A stretch of 63,358 nt of DNA, filler included, from an uncultured Methanosarcinales archaeon (GTDB lineage: Archaea > Nanobdellota > Nanobdellia > Woesearchaeales > JACPBV01), in assembly GCA_964492935.1 (NCBI GenBank). It is 5 parts of 5 records of this genome, joined end to end, with 100 filler letters (N's around TTAATTAATTAA, not from the genome) between each part and the next. Parts side by side here need not be neighbours in the genome. Positions count along the whole stretch, not along the records: positions 1 to 17,796 come from CAZBLF010000027.1; positions 17,897 to 34,567 come from CAZBLF010000028.1; 3 more parts are not named here. One strand, written 5' to 3'. Each line of letters starts with the position of its first letter. Within the stretch, counting starts at the first letter, position 1. This document shows, one piece after another, positions 10,185 through 19,013 of this stretch. The translations under genes and the position numbers were made by a program. The notes under the pieces were generated by a model that worked only from the letters and a program-made list of their open reading frames with translations, was not told where the DNA came from and made no database searches.

Positions 10185-10301
10185 ATGTTTTGGAACAAAA
10201 AGACGTTTATGGATTGGGATGATTACAAGAATAGAATTGATTTTTTGGATGTTTTCCACTTTCAACAGAAATGTAGGAGAGAGGCTTTGGCGAATATATA
10301 A
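10185..10301 (+). CDS. 38-aa small ORF
   Basis: Starts 2 nt after previous stop; MFWNKKTFMDWDDYKNRIDFLDVFHFQQKCRREALANI. Confidence 0.5.
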   Translation: MFWNKKTFMDWDDYKNRIDFLDVFHFQQKCRREALANI

Positions 10302-10346
10302 TTTCAGTACGCAAAGTATAAAAAGCTCTTTCTCCTCTCTTCTTTT

Positions 10347-10913
10347 ATGAGAGTTTTAACCAAGGATGAATTCAAGGTATGCAGCCAGGAATTGTTTGAA
10401 CTGATCAACGAAGGCAATGCGTTTGTTTATCCTACGGATACGATCTATGGTCTTGGATGTAATGCCGAGATTTTTGAGGCTGTTGAGAAGATTAGGGAAA
10501 TCAAGGATAGGCCTGAGGCTGCTTTTTCTGTGATTGCACCGAGTAAGAATTGGATTCGGATGCATTGTGAAATAAATGAATCGGCTGAGGCGTGGTTGGA
10601 GAAGTTGCCTGGGCCATATACACTTATTTTGCCTGCCAAAGATGGGATTGCTGAGAATGTGGCTCCCGGTAAGAAAACGCTTGGTGTGAGGATGCCGCAG
10701 CACTGGTTCTTAGATGTTGTTGCCGAATTAGGTAAGCCGATTGTAACGACTTCTGCTAATAGATCTGGAGATAATTTTATGACTTGCTTAGAGGATATGG
10801 ATGATGTTGTAAAGCAAGGAGTTACCTTTATGTTTTATGAGGGTGAGAAGAATGGTGCGCCTTCGACGATTGTAGATTTGAGTGAACCGTTTGCTAAGGT
10901 CATTGAACGGTAG
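10347..10913 (+). CDS. tsaC: Threonylcarbamoyl-AMP synthase (TsaC/Sua5 YrdC domain)
   Basis: YPTDTIYGLGC, KDR, PGPYT, TTSANRSG, PSTIVD. Confidence 0.93.
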   Translation: MRVLTKDEFKVCSQELFELINEGNAFVYPTDTIYGLGCNAEIFEAVEKIREIKDRPEAAFSVIAPSKNWIRMHCEINESAEAWLEKLPGPYTLILPAKDGIAENVAPGKKTLGVRMPQHWFLDVVAELGKPIVTTSANRSGDNFMTCLEDMDDVVKQGVTFMFYEGEKNGAPSTIVDLSEPFAKVIER

Positions 10914-10968
10914 CTGTGAACGTAGCTGGAAGCAAACGTTTTTATAGATTTTTAGTGTTCTTTAGGTT

Positions 10969-11697
10969 ATGGTTGAGAAAAAGAAAGTTGCTAAGGAGCC
11001 TAAACTAAAGAGTGAGGGAAAGCTTAAGATTCTTGCAGCTGGAGACAGCGAAGACAAAAAGTCTTCTGGCCTCCAACAGCAAAAAGAAGGTAAATTGAAA
11101 ATTCTTGCTGCTGGAGATATACACGGAGACGTGGGATTGGCTGAGAAGCTTGCTGAAAAGGCGGAAAAGGAGCATGTTGATCTAGTCGTTTTATGTGGAG
11201 ACTTGACGATGATGGAGGAGTCGACGGACAACATCATTGGACCGTTTAAGAAGCGTGGAGAGAAGGTGTTGATCATTCCTGGAAATCATGAGTCTAACGC
11301 TACTGCTGATTTTCTTGCAGAATTGTATGATGTAAAAAATATTCATGGGTATGGCGTTAAGTATAAGGATGTAGGTATCTTTGGTGCGGGTGGCGCGAAC
11401 GTTGGGGTACATCAGCTAGAGGAGAAAGAATTGTATGACAAATTGAAAGAGGGACATGACAAGGTTAAGTATTTGGAGAAGAAGATTATGGTTACGCATG
11501 TTCATCCTAAGGATACTATTATGGAGAAGTTTACAACTTTCTTTCCTGGTTCGTCTGGGATTCGGAAGGCGATTGATACGTTTAAGCCTGCGGTGATGTT
11601 GTGTAGTCACGTGCACGAGGCTGATGGTATTGAGGAGAAGATTGGGAAGACTTTGGTTATTAATGTTGGGAAGAAAGGGAAGATCATAGAGTTGTAA
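10969..11697 (+). CDS. Calcineurin-like metallophosphoesterase
   Basis: GDIHG, CGD, PGNHE, THVHP, SHVHE. Confidence 0.92.
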   Translation: MVEKKKVAKEPKLKSEGKLKILAAGDSEDKKSSGLQQQKEGKLKILAAGDIHGDVGLAEKLAEKAEKEHVDLVVLCGDLTMMEESTDNIIGPFKKRGEKVLIIPGNHESNATADFLAELYDVKNIHGYGVKYKDVGIFGAGGANVGVHQLEEKELYDKLKEGHDKVKYLEKKIMVTHVHPKDTIMEKFTTFFPGSSGIRKAIDTFKPAVMLCSHVHEADGIEEKIGKTLVINVGKKGKIIEL

Positions 11698-11705
11698 GGC
11701 GTTCT

Positions 11706-14204
11706 TTACTCTATTGTTATGATGTGGAAATCTCCGCTTTTCTTTAATTCTTGTACCAGTCCCGGTTCGTGATCCTTTCCAAAAAACACCAGCCCGACCT
11801 TTCTTTTTACCTTTTTCAATCCCCTTAGGAATTTTTCAATCCCTACTTGGTTTCTTAACTCTATTATTATTTTTCTCATATCGTTTAGATTTGGTACCTT
11901 CTTTGGGAGGTTGTACAGCGTGTGAAAATTCTTTTTCTGCCTTTCAGCTAATTTTCCATATTCTCCCCCTTCTACCTTTGCGTTTTTGAATTCTCCAGTA
12001 TTTTTCTCACAATTTTCTATTATTTTAAGTGTTCTAAGAATCTTCTCTGAGAGTTTTAGATCTATTTTCGAAATGCGTTTGAGTGCCTCTCCTTCAAGGA
12101 AATCAACTATTTTTGTGTATGGGCCACTTACGTCAACCAAGGGGTTACCGTGGAGTATACTTAGTACATACCTCCTCTGTTCATTTGCAAGGTTGAGATA
12201 TTTCAAGGAAGTACCCATTTGCGTCAAGGAGGCGGCAATATTACTCTGAGCTTGACCTATTCGCTCAAGGATACGAAAGAACAAAGCCGTAGGCAAGTCA
12301 CTAAGAATCTGTATCCTTTCTTCCTCTAATCCGATGAAAGGTACTTTTCCCGGTACTTGACGTATTTCACTCATTGCGCAAGGTGTCAGATGAGGATTAG
12401 TTCCCTTTAGCAGAAGCTTCAAAAGTTGTTCTTCGGCATTTAAGATCCCTCGAGAATTCTTCCCTGCCCAGCCTTCGAATCCAGCAAGAGAGGGATTTAC
12501 AATTTCAATAATTTTTTTCAATTCCTTAAGGTCCTCTTCCACCGTTTCTTCTAATTCGGCTTGCATTTCCTTCTTTGATTGGGGTGATGATGGCTTTCCC
12601 TCCCACCGTTTCATTACTCTTTTAGTGGTTCCTGTATGCTTATCCTTTACTATCAGTACTAGTGGAGCAGATTCGTTTTCTGCGCATATGAGCTTTACGA
12701 TACTAAATGATGAGGTGTTGTCAGTATATTTTGCTTTTTTGAGCTCAGTCGCATAATACTTAGCGTCTCGTAGAGATATGCTTATGTCTGATGGATCGGG
12801 CTTTTGAACCTCTTCGGATTCTTGCCTTTTTTCATTATTTTCTGGAGGATTTATATGCTCCTTTGCAATGGGAAGGGAGTCTGCTGTGTTTAGATTATCT
12901 TTTTGATCATCTTTTGCCTTTTTAACCGATTCTTTGATTTCTACTTTTGCTCGTTTTACTATGCGTCTCAACGTCTTAATCTCTCTTTTTTCTTCTGGGC
13001 GTGATTGCTTATTCCGGGCTCTGACCGTTTTCCATGCTTCGTTTGCATCATCGACTGCCTTAGGGAATCTGACTGCTTGAGTGTAACTCATCCAAGATAT
13101 TAGAAATCCTCCAAAAAGAGTAATGAATGCGCGGTTTGTCCAAGTGCCCATTCGTTGCATCCTCCAATTTCTCGATGCTTTTCTCGATTCTATTCTGTTA
13201 TGATCATTATCTTGTATGCTCGTCTCCAGAAGTTTTTGATATTCTGGATTATTTAGAATTTCTTCCAAAATTTTTTTTAATTTTTGATTGAGTTTTCCTT
13301 CTTGAGCGTAAAGTGCTGTAAGTTGAGTGCTATCCTTATCGTCAAGGGCTTTTTTCTGGGCTTGCACAATACTCAAAAGCTCCCCCTCTTTATTTCCTGC
13401 TGCGTTTGAGAATGCTTCAATCAGAGGAAAGATCACCTCGAGTATTATTGGGATATTTGATTTATCCTTTATTTTTTTCTTATTTTTTAGCAATAAAGAT
13501 ACATTTTTGTTAAGGTAGATGAGTATGTGGAGTTGCCTCTCAATTGCAACTCTTAGCCGTCCTTTTACTTGATCAGTCATTAGTACTTTTTTACTTCCTA
13601 GACATAGACTTTTCTCTTTTTCGACCCAGACTGATTCTCGTGCCGCATATTCACACACGCCTTGGATGTGCTCGGGACTGAGAACTCTGGAGAGGGCGAC
13701 ACTGGTTTCCCCTTTCAGTGCTTCAATTGCTGCTCGTTCTTCGCCCAATATTTTTCCTTCTTCTCGTATAAGTAGGATTAACTGGGGCGCATGTTGTCGT
13801 TCAATCATTAATTTGTCATCGCTCTGAGAAAAAAATTCTAGTTGATGAGCTATGTTGGCCTTGAGATGACCTAATCCTTTTTGAATTTTTGAAATTTCTG
13901 TTTGATCCACCAAGGTTTCTAGTTCAGATGATTCTATTTTTTCTATGGATTTATCCAGATCGGATTCGAATTTAGCAACGGATTTCTTATCGATTTCATC
14001 GATATGGTGCATTGCTTTCATTAGCTTTCGGAGTTGATTTAGTTTTCCTTTGTCCCAAGTATCGAGAAAATTTTCTACCAGAGTTAGCTTTTTTTTGAAT
14101 TGATTCTCCATTTTAGCACAATCTTTGAGAATTTTGTGTACATCAACATTATCTTTTTTAAGAAAGCGACCTTTTTCTTTAAGGAAATCTGCAAACATGC
14201 CCAT
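11706..14204 (-). CDS. Large membrane-anchored hypothetical protein (coiled coil, TM, possible TraB/EreA-like C-terminal domain)
   Basis: 832-aa ORF; central TM; FEG, RN and FFGKDH motifs. Confidence 0.7.
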   Translation of the reverse strand: MGMFADFLKEKGRFLKKDNVDVHKILKDCAKMENQFKKKLTLVENFLDTWDKGKLNQLRKLMKAMHHIDEIDKKSVAKFESDLDKSIEKIESSELETLVDQTEISKIQKGLGHLKANIAHQLEFFSQSDDKLMIERQHAPQLILLIREEGKILGEERAAIEALKGETSVALSRVLSPEHIQGVCEYAARESVWVEKEKSLCLGSKKVLMTDQVKGRLRVAIERQLHILIYLNKNVSLLLKNKKKIKDKSNIPIILEVIFPLIEAFSNAAGNKEGELLSIVQAQKKALDDKDSTQLTALYAQEGKLNQKLKKILEEILNNPEYQKLLETSIQDNDHNRIESRKASRNWRMQRMGTWTNRAFITLFGGFLISWMSYTQAVRFPKAVDDANEAWKTVRARNKQSRPEEKREIKTLRRIVKRAKVEIKESVKKAKDDQKDNLNTADSLPIAKEHINPPENNEKRQESEEVQKPDPSDISISLRDAKYYATELKKAKYTDNTSSFSIVKLICAENESAPLVLIVKDKHTGTTKRVMKRWEGKPSSPQSKKEMQAELEETVEEDLKELKKIIEIVNPSLAGFEGWAGKNSRGILNAEEQLLKLLLKGTNPHLTPCAMSEIRQVPGKVPFIGLEEERIQILSDLPTALFFRILERIGQAQSNIAASLTQMGTSLKYLNLANEQRRYVLSILHGNPLVDVSGPYTKIVDFLEGEALKRISKIDLKLSEKILRTLKIIENCEKNTGEFKNAKVEGGEYGKLAERQKKNFHTLYNLPKKVPNLNDMRKIIIELRNQVGIEKFLRGLKKVKRKVGLVFFGKDHEPGLVQELKKSGDFHIITIE

Positions 14205-14236
14205 ATCAAGATTCAGGGAGTAATAGTATATAAATT

Positions 14237-15670
14237 CTAACCTTTAACAACGCCCATTGGTTTTAATTGAGCAATTTTATTTCCTATTCCTGCTTTATCG
14301 GAGACTTCGATGACTTCGTCGACGTCTTTGTAGGCGCCGGGAGCTTCTTCTGTTATTCCGCGCCAGGAGGCGGCTTTTACGATGATTTTTTCTTTCTCTA
14401 GCTCTTTTTTTAGGGAGTCTGCTTTCCAGGTTTCGTTTGCTTGTTTACGGGACATTACACGACCGGCGCCGTGAGCGGTGGAGCCGAAACTTTCTTCGTA
14501 GGCATGTTCAGTTCCTGCAAGCACCCAGGATGAGGTGCCCATGCTGCCGGGAATGAAAATAGGCTGTCCGGTTTTTTGATATTTATCGGGAATTTCTTTT
14601 CTTCCTGGGCCGAAAGCGCGTGTTGCACCTTTTCTATGGACCCAGACTTTCTTTTCTTTTCCGTCGATCATGTGCACTTCTTCTTTCGCGATGTTATGTG
14701 CTACATCATAGATGGTATGAATTTCAACTTTATCGCCGAAGACTTTTTTGAAGGCTTCTCTCGTTTGATGGCCGATCATATGTCTATTTGCCCATGCGTA
14801 ATTTGCTGCAGCGCACATGGCCGCGAAATAGTCTTTTGCGATTTCGGATTTGGCTGGTGCATAGATGAGATCTTTTTCTGGAAGCTTGGCAATGATGTCG
14901 GGAAAGGCTTCTTCCATCTTTCTTAAGTAATCTGAACAAGTTTGATGGCCCAATCCTCTGCTTCCACAATGAATTAATACTACTACTTGGCCCTCTTCGG
15001 TGATGCCGAAGGTTTTTGCTGTTTCCTTATTGAAGATTTTGTTGACGTACTGGACTTCGATGAAGTGATTTCCTGATCCTAATGTGCCGACTTGGCCACG
15101 ACCACGCTTTTTGGCAAGGTCACTTACTTTTGAGGGGTCTGCTTGCGTTAATTTACCATTTTCTTCGCAGTTTTCTATGTCTTCTTGAGTGCCATATCCT
15201 TTCTTGACGGTCCATTGTGCCCCTTCAACTAGGACTTCCTCTAATTCTTCTGGAGTGAGTCTGAGTTGTGCTTTTGCTCCTACGCCTGCAGGGATGTTTT
15301 CGAATAATGCATCTAGAAGTGGTTGAATTTTTTCTTGGACTTCGTCTTTATGGAGGTTTGTTTGTAGTAATCGTACTCCGCAGTTAATGTCGAAGCCGAT
15401 TCCACCTGGAGAGATGCAGCCGTCTTCTGCGTCGATTGCTGCTACGCCGCCGATAGAGAATCCATATCCTCTGTGGGCATCGGGCATCATAATAGAGAAA
15501 CCTTGGATTCCGGGTAATGAAGCAGTATTGATGCCTTGCTGTAGGCATTCGTCTCCTTCGATCTTCTTCATTAACTCTTCGTTAGCGAAGATTTTCAGAG
15601 GAACTTTCATATCGCCTTGTTTTTCAACAATGTACGTATGATCGTTTAGTTTTTTTGCTTTGATTGCCAT
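14237..15670 (-). CDS. rtcB: RNA-splicing ligase RtcB
   Basis: MPDAHRGYG, GFDINCG, GTLGSGNHF, HRKGATRA, HGAGR. Confidence 0.98.
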   Translation of the reverse strand: MAIKAKKLNDHTYIVEKQGDMKVPLKIFANEELMKKIEGDECLQQGINTASLPGIQGFSIMMPDAHRGYGFSIGGVAAIDAEDGCISPGGIGFDINCGVRLLQTNLHKDEVQEKIQPLLDALFENIPAGVGAKAQLRLTPEELEEVLVEGAQWTVKKGYGTQEDIENCEENGKLTQADPSKVSDLAKKRGRGQVGTLGSGNHFIEVQYVNKIFNKETAKTFGITEEGQVVVLIHCGSRGLGHQTCSDYLRKMEEAFPDIIAKLPEKDLIYAPAKSEIAKDYFAAMCAAANYAWANRHMIGHQTREAFKKVFGDKVEIHTIYDVAHNIAKEEVHMIDGKEKKVWVHRKGATRAFGPGRKEIPDKYQKTGQPIFIPGSMGTSSWVLAGTEHAYEESFGSTAHGAGRVMSRKQANETWKADSLKKELEKEKIIVKAASWRGITEEAPGAYKDVDEVIEVSDKAGIGNKIAQLKPMGVVKG

Positions 15671-15671
15671 T

Positions 15672-16094
15672 TTAGATGTCGTGGACTACCTGTAGTGTTG
15701 TTTGAGTTGGTGTTTCTTTAATAAACATATCGCTATAGGTGACTGACTTAATGTAGGTGTGGACGTCATAGTTATCACCGTTGTCGCCTAGGATGGTTGC
15801 TTTTAATTGGAAATTGGATTTGTTTTCTTTGATTTCAATTGCTTTTACTTTACTCAGCAGGAAACCTTCGATATCGGTTAATACAATGAGTTCTTCTAGG
15901 AAATCGTAGAGCAAGGATTCCTTCTTCTTCGAAGTTACCTTAATTGTTTTTTCTTCTACCGCTTTTACTTTCTTTACATCAGTCATCACGTCATAGGATG
16001 CTATCGCGGCATTGGCGAAAGCTTCTGCTAGGGTTTTGCCATAGGCTAGAAACTTTACATCTGCTGTATGGTCTAGGAATTCGTATTTTTTCAT
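15672..16094 (-). CDS. Archease
   Basis: YEFLDHTAD, IKSVTY, terminal HDI; adjacent to rtcB. Confidence 0.95.
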   Translation of the reverse strand: MKKYEFLDHTADVKFLAYGKTLAEAFANAAIASYDVMTDVKKVKAVEEKTIKVTSKKKESLLYDFLEELIVLTDIEGFLLSKVKAIEIKENKSNFQLKATILGDNGDNYDVHTYIKSVTYSDMFIKETPTQTTLQVVHDI

Positions 16095-16828
16095 TTGTAT
16101 GTTTGTAATGCCTCTTCTTCCATGAAATGTAGGTGCGAGGGGATGATTAAACACTGAGGATATTTTTGTATTTGTAATTTTGCTAGGTTCTTTGCGGTTG
16201 CTGCCTTAATGATGGGTTTGTTTGCTCCTAATTGTGCACATCCTACTGCTAATTGTGATGGCTTCATGCCTTGATCAAGTAAATAGGTCATTCCTTCTGC
16301 GAACGTCATCGTTTTTTTGTTTTCAACATCTAGATCAAGTAAGACTAATGTGTGGAGGTTGTTTTTGAGATTGTTTTGGATGACTTCGTAGGGGCTTTTG
16401 ATGTTCTTGTTTTCGAAAGGGATTGTTGTAGTTCTTCCAAATTTATAGAGATCGAGTCCGGTAATTGCGATTGCGGTGAAAATAGAGTTGTTTGGGATGA
16501 CGTCTACCTTGATGTTGAGTTCTTCTGCTCGTTGTTTGAGATCTTTGTGAGTTGTTGCAGACATTGCATCCCCTACCACTAGGAATGCTACTTTTCCTTT
16601 TTTTGCATCTTTGAGGATGGTGGTTTCTGCCTGGTTTTCGACTAGATTTCTATTTGCTTCGATGATTTTCTTTTTATAGAATTTTTCTAGGTCTTTTGTT
16701 GTTGCATTTGTTAGGAAAGAGGTGTAGGTTTCTAGGTAGATGGTAGATGCAGCTTTAACTGCCTCTAATCCTGCTACGGTGATGCATTTCTCATTTCCTA
16801 ATCCTAATCCGATGATTGTTAAGCTCAT
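16091..16828 (-). CDS. dph5: Diphthine synthase
   Basis: IGLGL, YLETYTS, GDAMSATTH, YKFGRTTTIPF, LHTLVLLD. Confidence 0.95.
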   Translation of the reverse strand: MSLTIIGLGLGNEKCITVAGLEAVKAASTIYLETYTSFLTNATTKDLEKFYKKKIIEANRNLVENQAETTILKDAKKGKVAFLVVGDAMSATTHKDLKQRAEELNIKVDVIPNNSIFTAIAITGLDLYKFGRTTTIPFENKNIKSPYEVIQNNLKNNLHTLVLLDLDVENKKTMTFAEGMTYLLDQGMKPSQLAVGCAQLGANKPIIKAATAKNLAKLQIQKYPQCLIIPSHLHFMEEEALQTYK

Positions 16829-16866
16829 GTGGTGAAAGTGCCTCGTTTTCTTTTAAATGTTTACTT

Positions 16867-17490
16867 TTAGGTTGCAATCTTATAGTCAATCTTTGGCGAG
16901 TAGAATTCTATTGGTTTGTAGGTTGGAAGTGAATAACTATTGGTTGTTTCGAAGTTTTCTGTCATGAATGACTTTATCGTTGGACCATAGCCCCAGGCGA
17001 ATTGTTCGTCTGGCATGTCTAGGAGAGTGGGAAGGTCGATTAACTTTCTTGGTCCGGCATCGTGTTTTGAAGGTGCTGCTTTGATGGTCTCCCATTCGGC
17101 TTCATCTTGAATGATTACGGTGAAAATGTAGGTGTCTCCATATTCTGAGCTTACTTTTTTGTAGTGTGACTTGCCTTTAAGGTATTGTATGATGATTTCT
17201 CCTGCTTCCTCGCCAATTTCTTCTGAAATCTCTCGTATTACTGCTTCAAGTGGGGATTCTTCAACTCCATCGACTCGGTCGATATGTCCACCATAGGGCT
17301 GGATTTTTCCTTGTTCTTCGCCATCGTGTTCGCTATTTTTTACTTCATAGATGGATTCTCCCTCATAGGCAATAATAACGATGGATCCGTCATTAGTGGA
17401 TTCTCTTTCCTCAGAGACCATTTCTTCTAGGGATTCCTCTGAACATTCGTCTTCTCCAGAATCTCCTTCTGCAGCTGCTTCTTCTGACAT
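16867..17490 (-). CDS. NUDIX hydrolase
   Basis: GGHID...EESPLEAVIREISEEIG Nudix box. Confidence 0.8.
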   Translation of the reverse strand: MSEEAAAEGDSGEDECSEESLEEMVSEERESTNDGSIVIIAYEGESIYEVKNSEHDGEEQGKIQPYGGHIDRVDGVEESPLEAVIREISEEIGEEAGEIIIQYLKGKSHYKKVSSEYGDTYIFTVIIQDEAEWETIKAAPSKHDAGPRKLIDLPTLLDMPDEQFAWGYGPTIKSFMTENFETTNSYSLPTYKPIEFYSPKIDYKIAT

Positions 17491-17539
17491 AGCTCTCAGA
17501 GGTGGATTTTTCTTTAAAAAGTTGATGTACAGTAGGAGT

Positions 17540-17796
17540 TAGTGGTTAAATCCAGTCATTCCACTAGTGTGTTCACCAGTGGTTCACATATCAGTTCCAT
17601 TCGGGAGTCAAGAACCACTTATCTGATAGTTAGAGTACCCACATGCCATTGGCCTATTGACCGGTGGTTCTTGACAAAGAAAAAAAAGACCTTCATGGAA
17701 ATCATCTTGGGGGTGGTTAACATGAAGGCTTAAGAATGTGATTCTTGGCCTCTCCTGGTCTGGTTTAAAGGAGAATTCCGTACTCTGCTTTAGCAG
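17540..17796 (+). ncRNA. Candidate structured RNA region truncated by contig end
   Basis: 12-bp IR GTCAAGAACCAC (17607-17618)/GTGGTTCTTGAC (17664-17675); CCTTCATG/CATGAAGG; TCTCCT/AGGAGA; TAGTGG/CCACTA. Confidence 0.35.
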
Positions 17797-17896
17797 NNNN
17801 NNNNNNNNNNNNNNNNNNNNNNNNNNNNNNNNNNNNNNNNTTAATTAATTAANNNNNNNNNNNNNNNNNNNNNNNNNNNNNNNNNNNNNNNNNNNN
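17797..17896. other. Artificial contig linker
   Basis: N44-TTAATTAATTAA-N44. Confidence 0.98.
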
Positions 17897-18903
17897 CGAT
17901 TAAAGATGGACCATATCCGGTTGAAGCTGCAATTAATGTTCCATCTGCGAAAATGTTTCTGTTGCTAATCACTCGTAAGATGCTGTTTCCCTGGTTGTTT
18001 TGTATATCTAGCAAGACGGCATTTTGAGTACCTGAACCTCCTTGTTTTATCTTTACGATATTTTCCGTGTCCCCTGAACCTAGAAGATCCAGTTTTGCTT
18101 GCGGAGTGTTGGTGCCGATGCCGACGTTGCCTCCGTTGAAGAAGGAGTTGCCTGTTGCCATGACTTTTACGGCTATTGCTGGAGCGGTTGCGCCATTATA
18201 CATCGTAAGAGTCCCAGTCTGACCGTTGTCTCCACCAGAGATGAAAACAAATCCCTGTAGTGGATTCGCTGCAGATTGCTTTCTAATCATGAGTCCACGG
18301 TTCGACCTTACAACCCCATTATTTTGGAGGCTGCCATTACCAATTGCGTTAATGGTGCTTACGGATTGGTCGGGTTTTGGCCCTACCAGAAGATTTCCTC
18401 CTTCAATATGGAGTCTTGCTTGGGGGGTCTTGGGTGCCGATGCCTACTTTTCCGGAGTCTCGGAAGGCGTTGCCATTTGATTCTTGCCAAACGCTTGAAC
18501 CGCTAGATATGGCTGTTCCGTCAGTTTTTATGAATCTGTCGGCAAGTATGGTGCCTCTGACGTGTAAGTCTGCTCTGGGATCTGTGGTGCCGATGCCTAC
18601 TCTTGCGCCAACCACATTAATGTTATCTCCCTTCCTATTCCATAACGCTACTCCTTCATCGCTGCACATTGCCATTTCTTCATCGCTGACCCAATAATTG
18701 AGGATGCCCATGACCTGGGCTACACCTACCTTGGTTTGGCAATTTCCGGTGGAGGGTGTTGTAGTAGATGATGTTGATGAGGGTGCAGAAGGTTCTGGAG
18801 GTAGATCGTCGTCAGCATTTGCGGCAAGAGCGGATGCTGATGCTAGTACAACCAGTAATGATAGAATAAATGCTATTCTTGTTCTAGAGGTTCCTTTTCT
18901 CAT
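17897..18903 (-). pseudogene. Secreted VGIGT-repeat (tail-fibre/adhesin-like) protein, frameshifted at G6 18422-18427, truncated at contig end
   Basis: Signal peptide; VGIGTTDPRADLHV and VGIGTNTPQAKLDL; removing one base restores VGIGTQDPQARLHI and joins the two ORFs. Confidence 0.8.
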
Positions 18904-19013
18904 GCTTACTCCTTTTTTGGAGACTGAGTATATAAAAGTTTCCTCGCGTAGACGTAAACTTAGTTTATTGTATAAGCGTAAATTATATATAATGTTGTCT
19001 TTGCATGATCTGT

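Noticed and set aside
14237..16828. dph5-archease-rtcB cluster as a new RNA-repair system
   Set aside because: RtcB-archease linkage is well established.
17770..17796. AATTCCG as the 5' end of 16S rRNA
   Set aside because: It does not continue with the conserved GTTGATCC.
17797..17896. TTAATTAATTAA palindrome recurring four times within N runs
   Set aside because: Artificial six-frame-stop linker; genes across linkers are not real neighbours.
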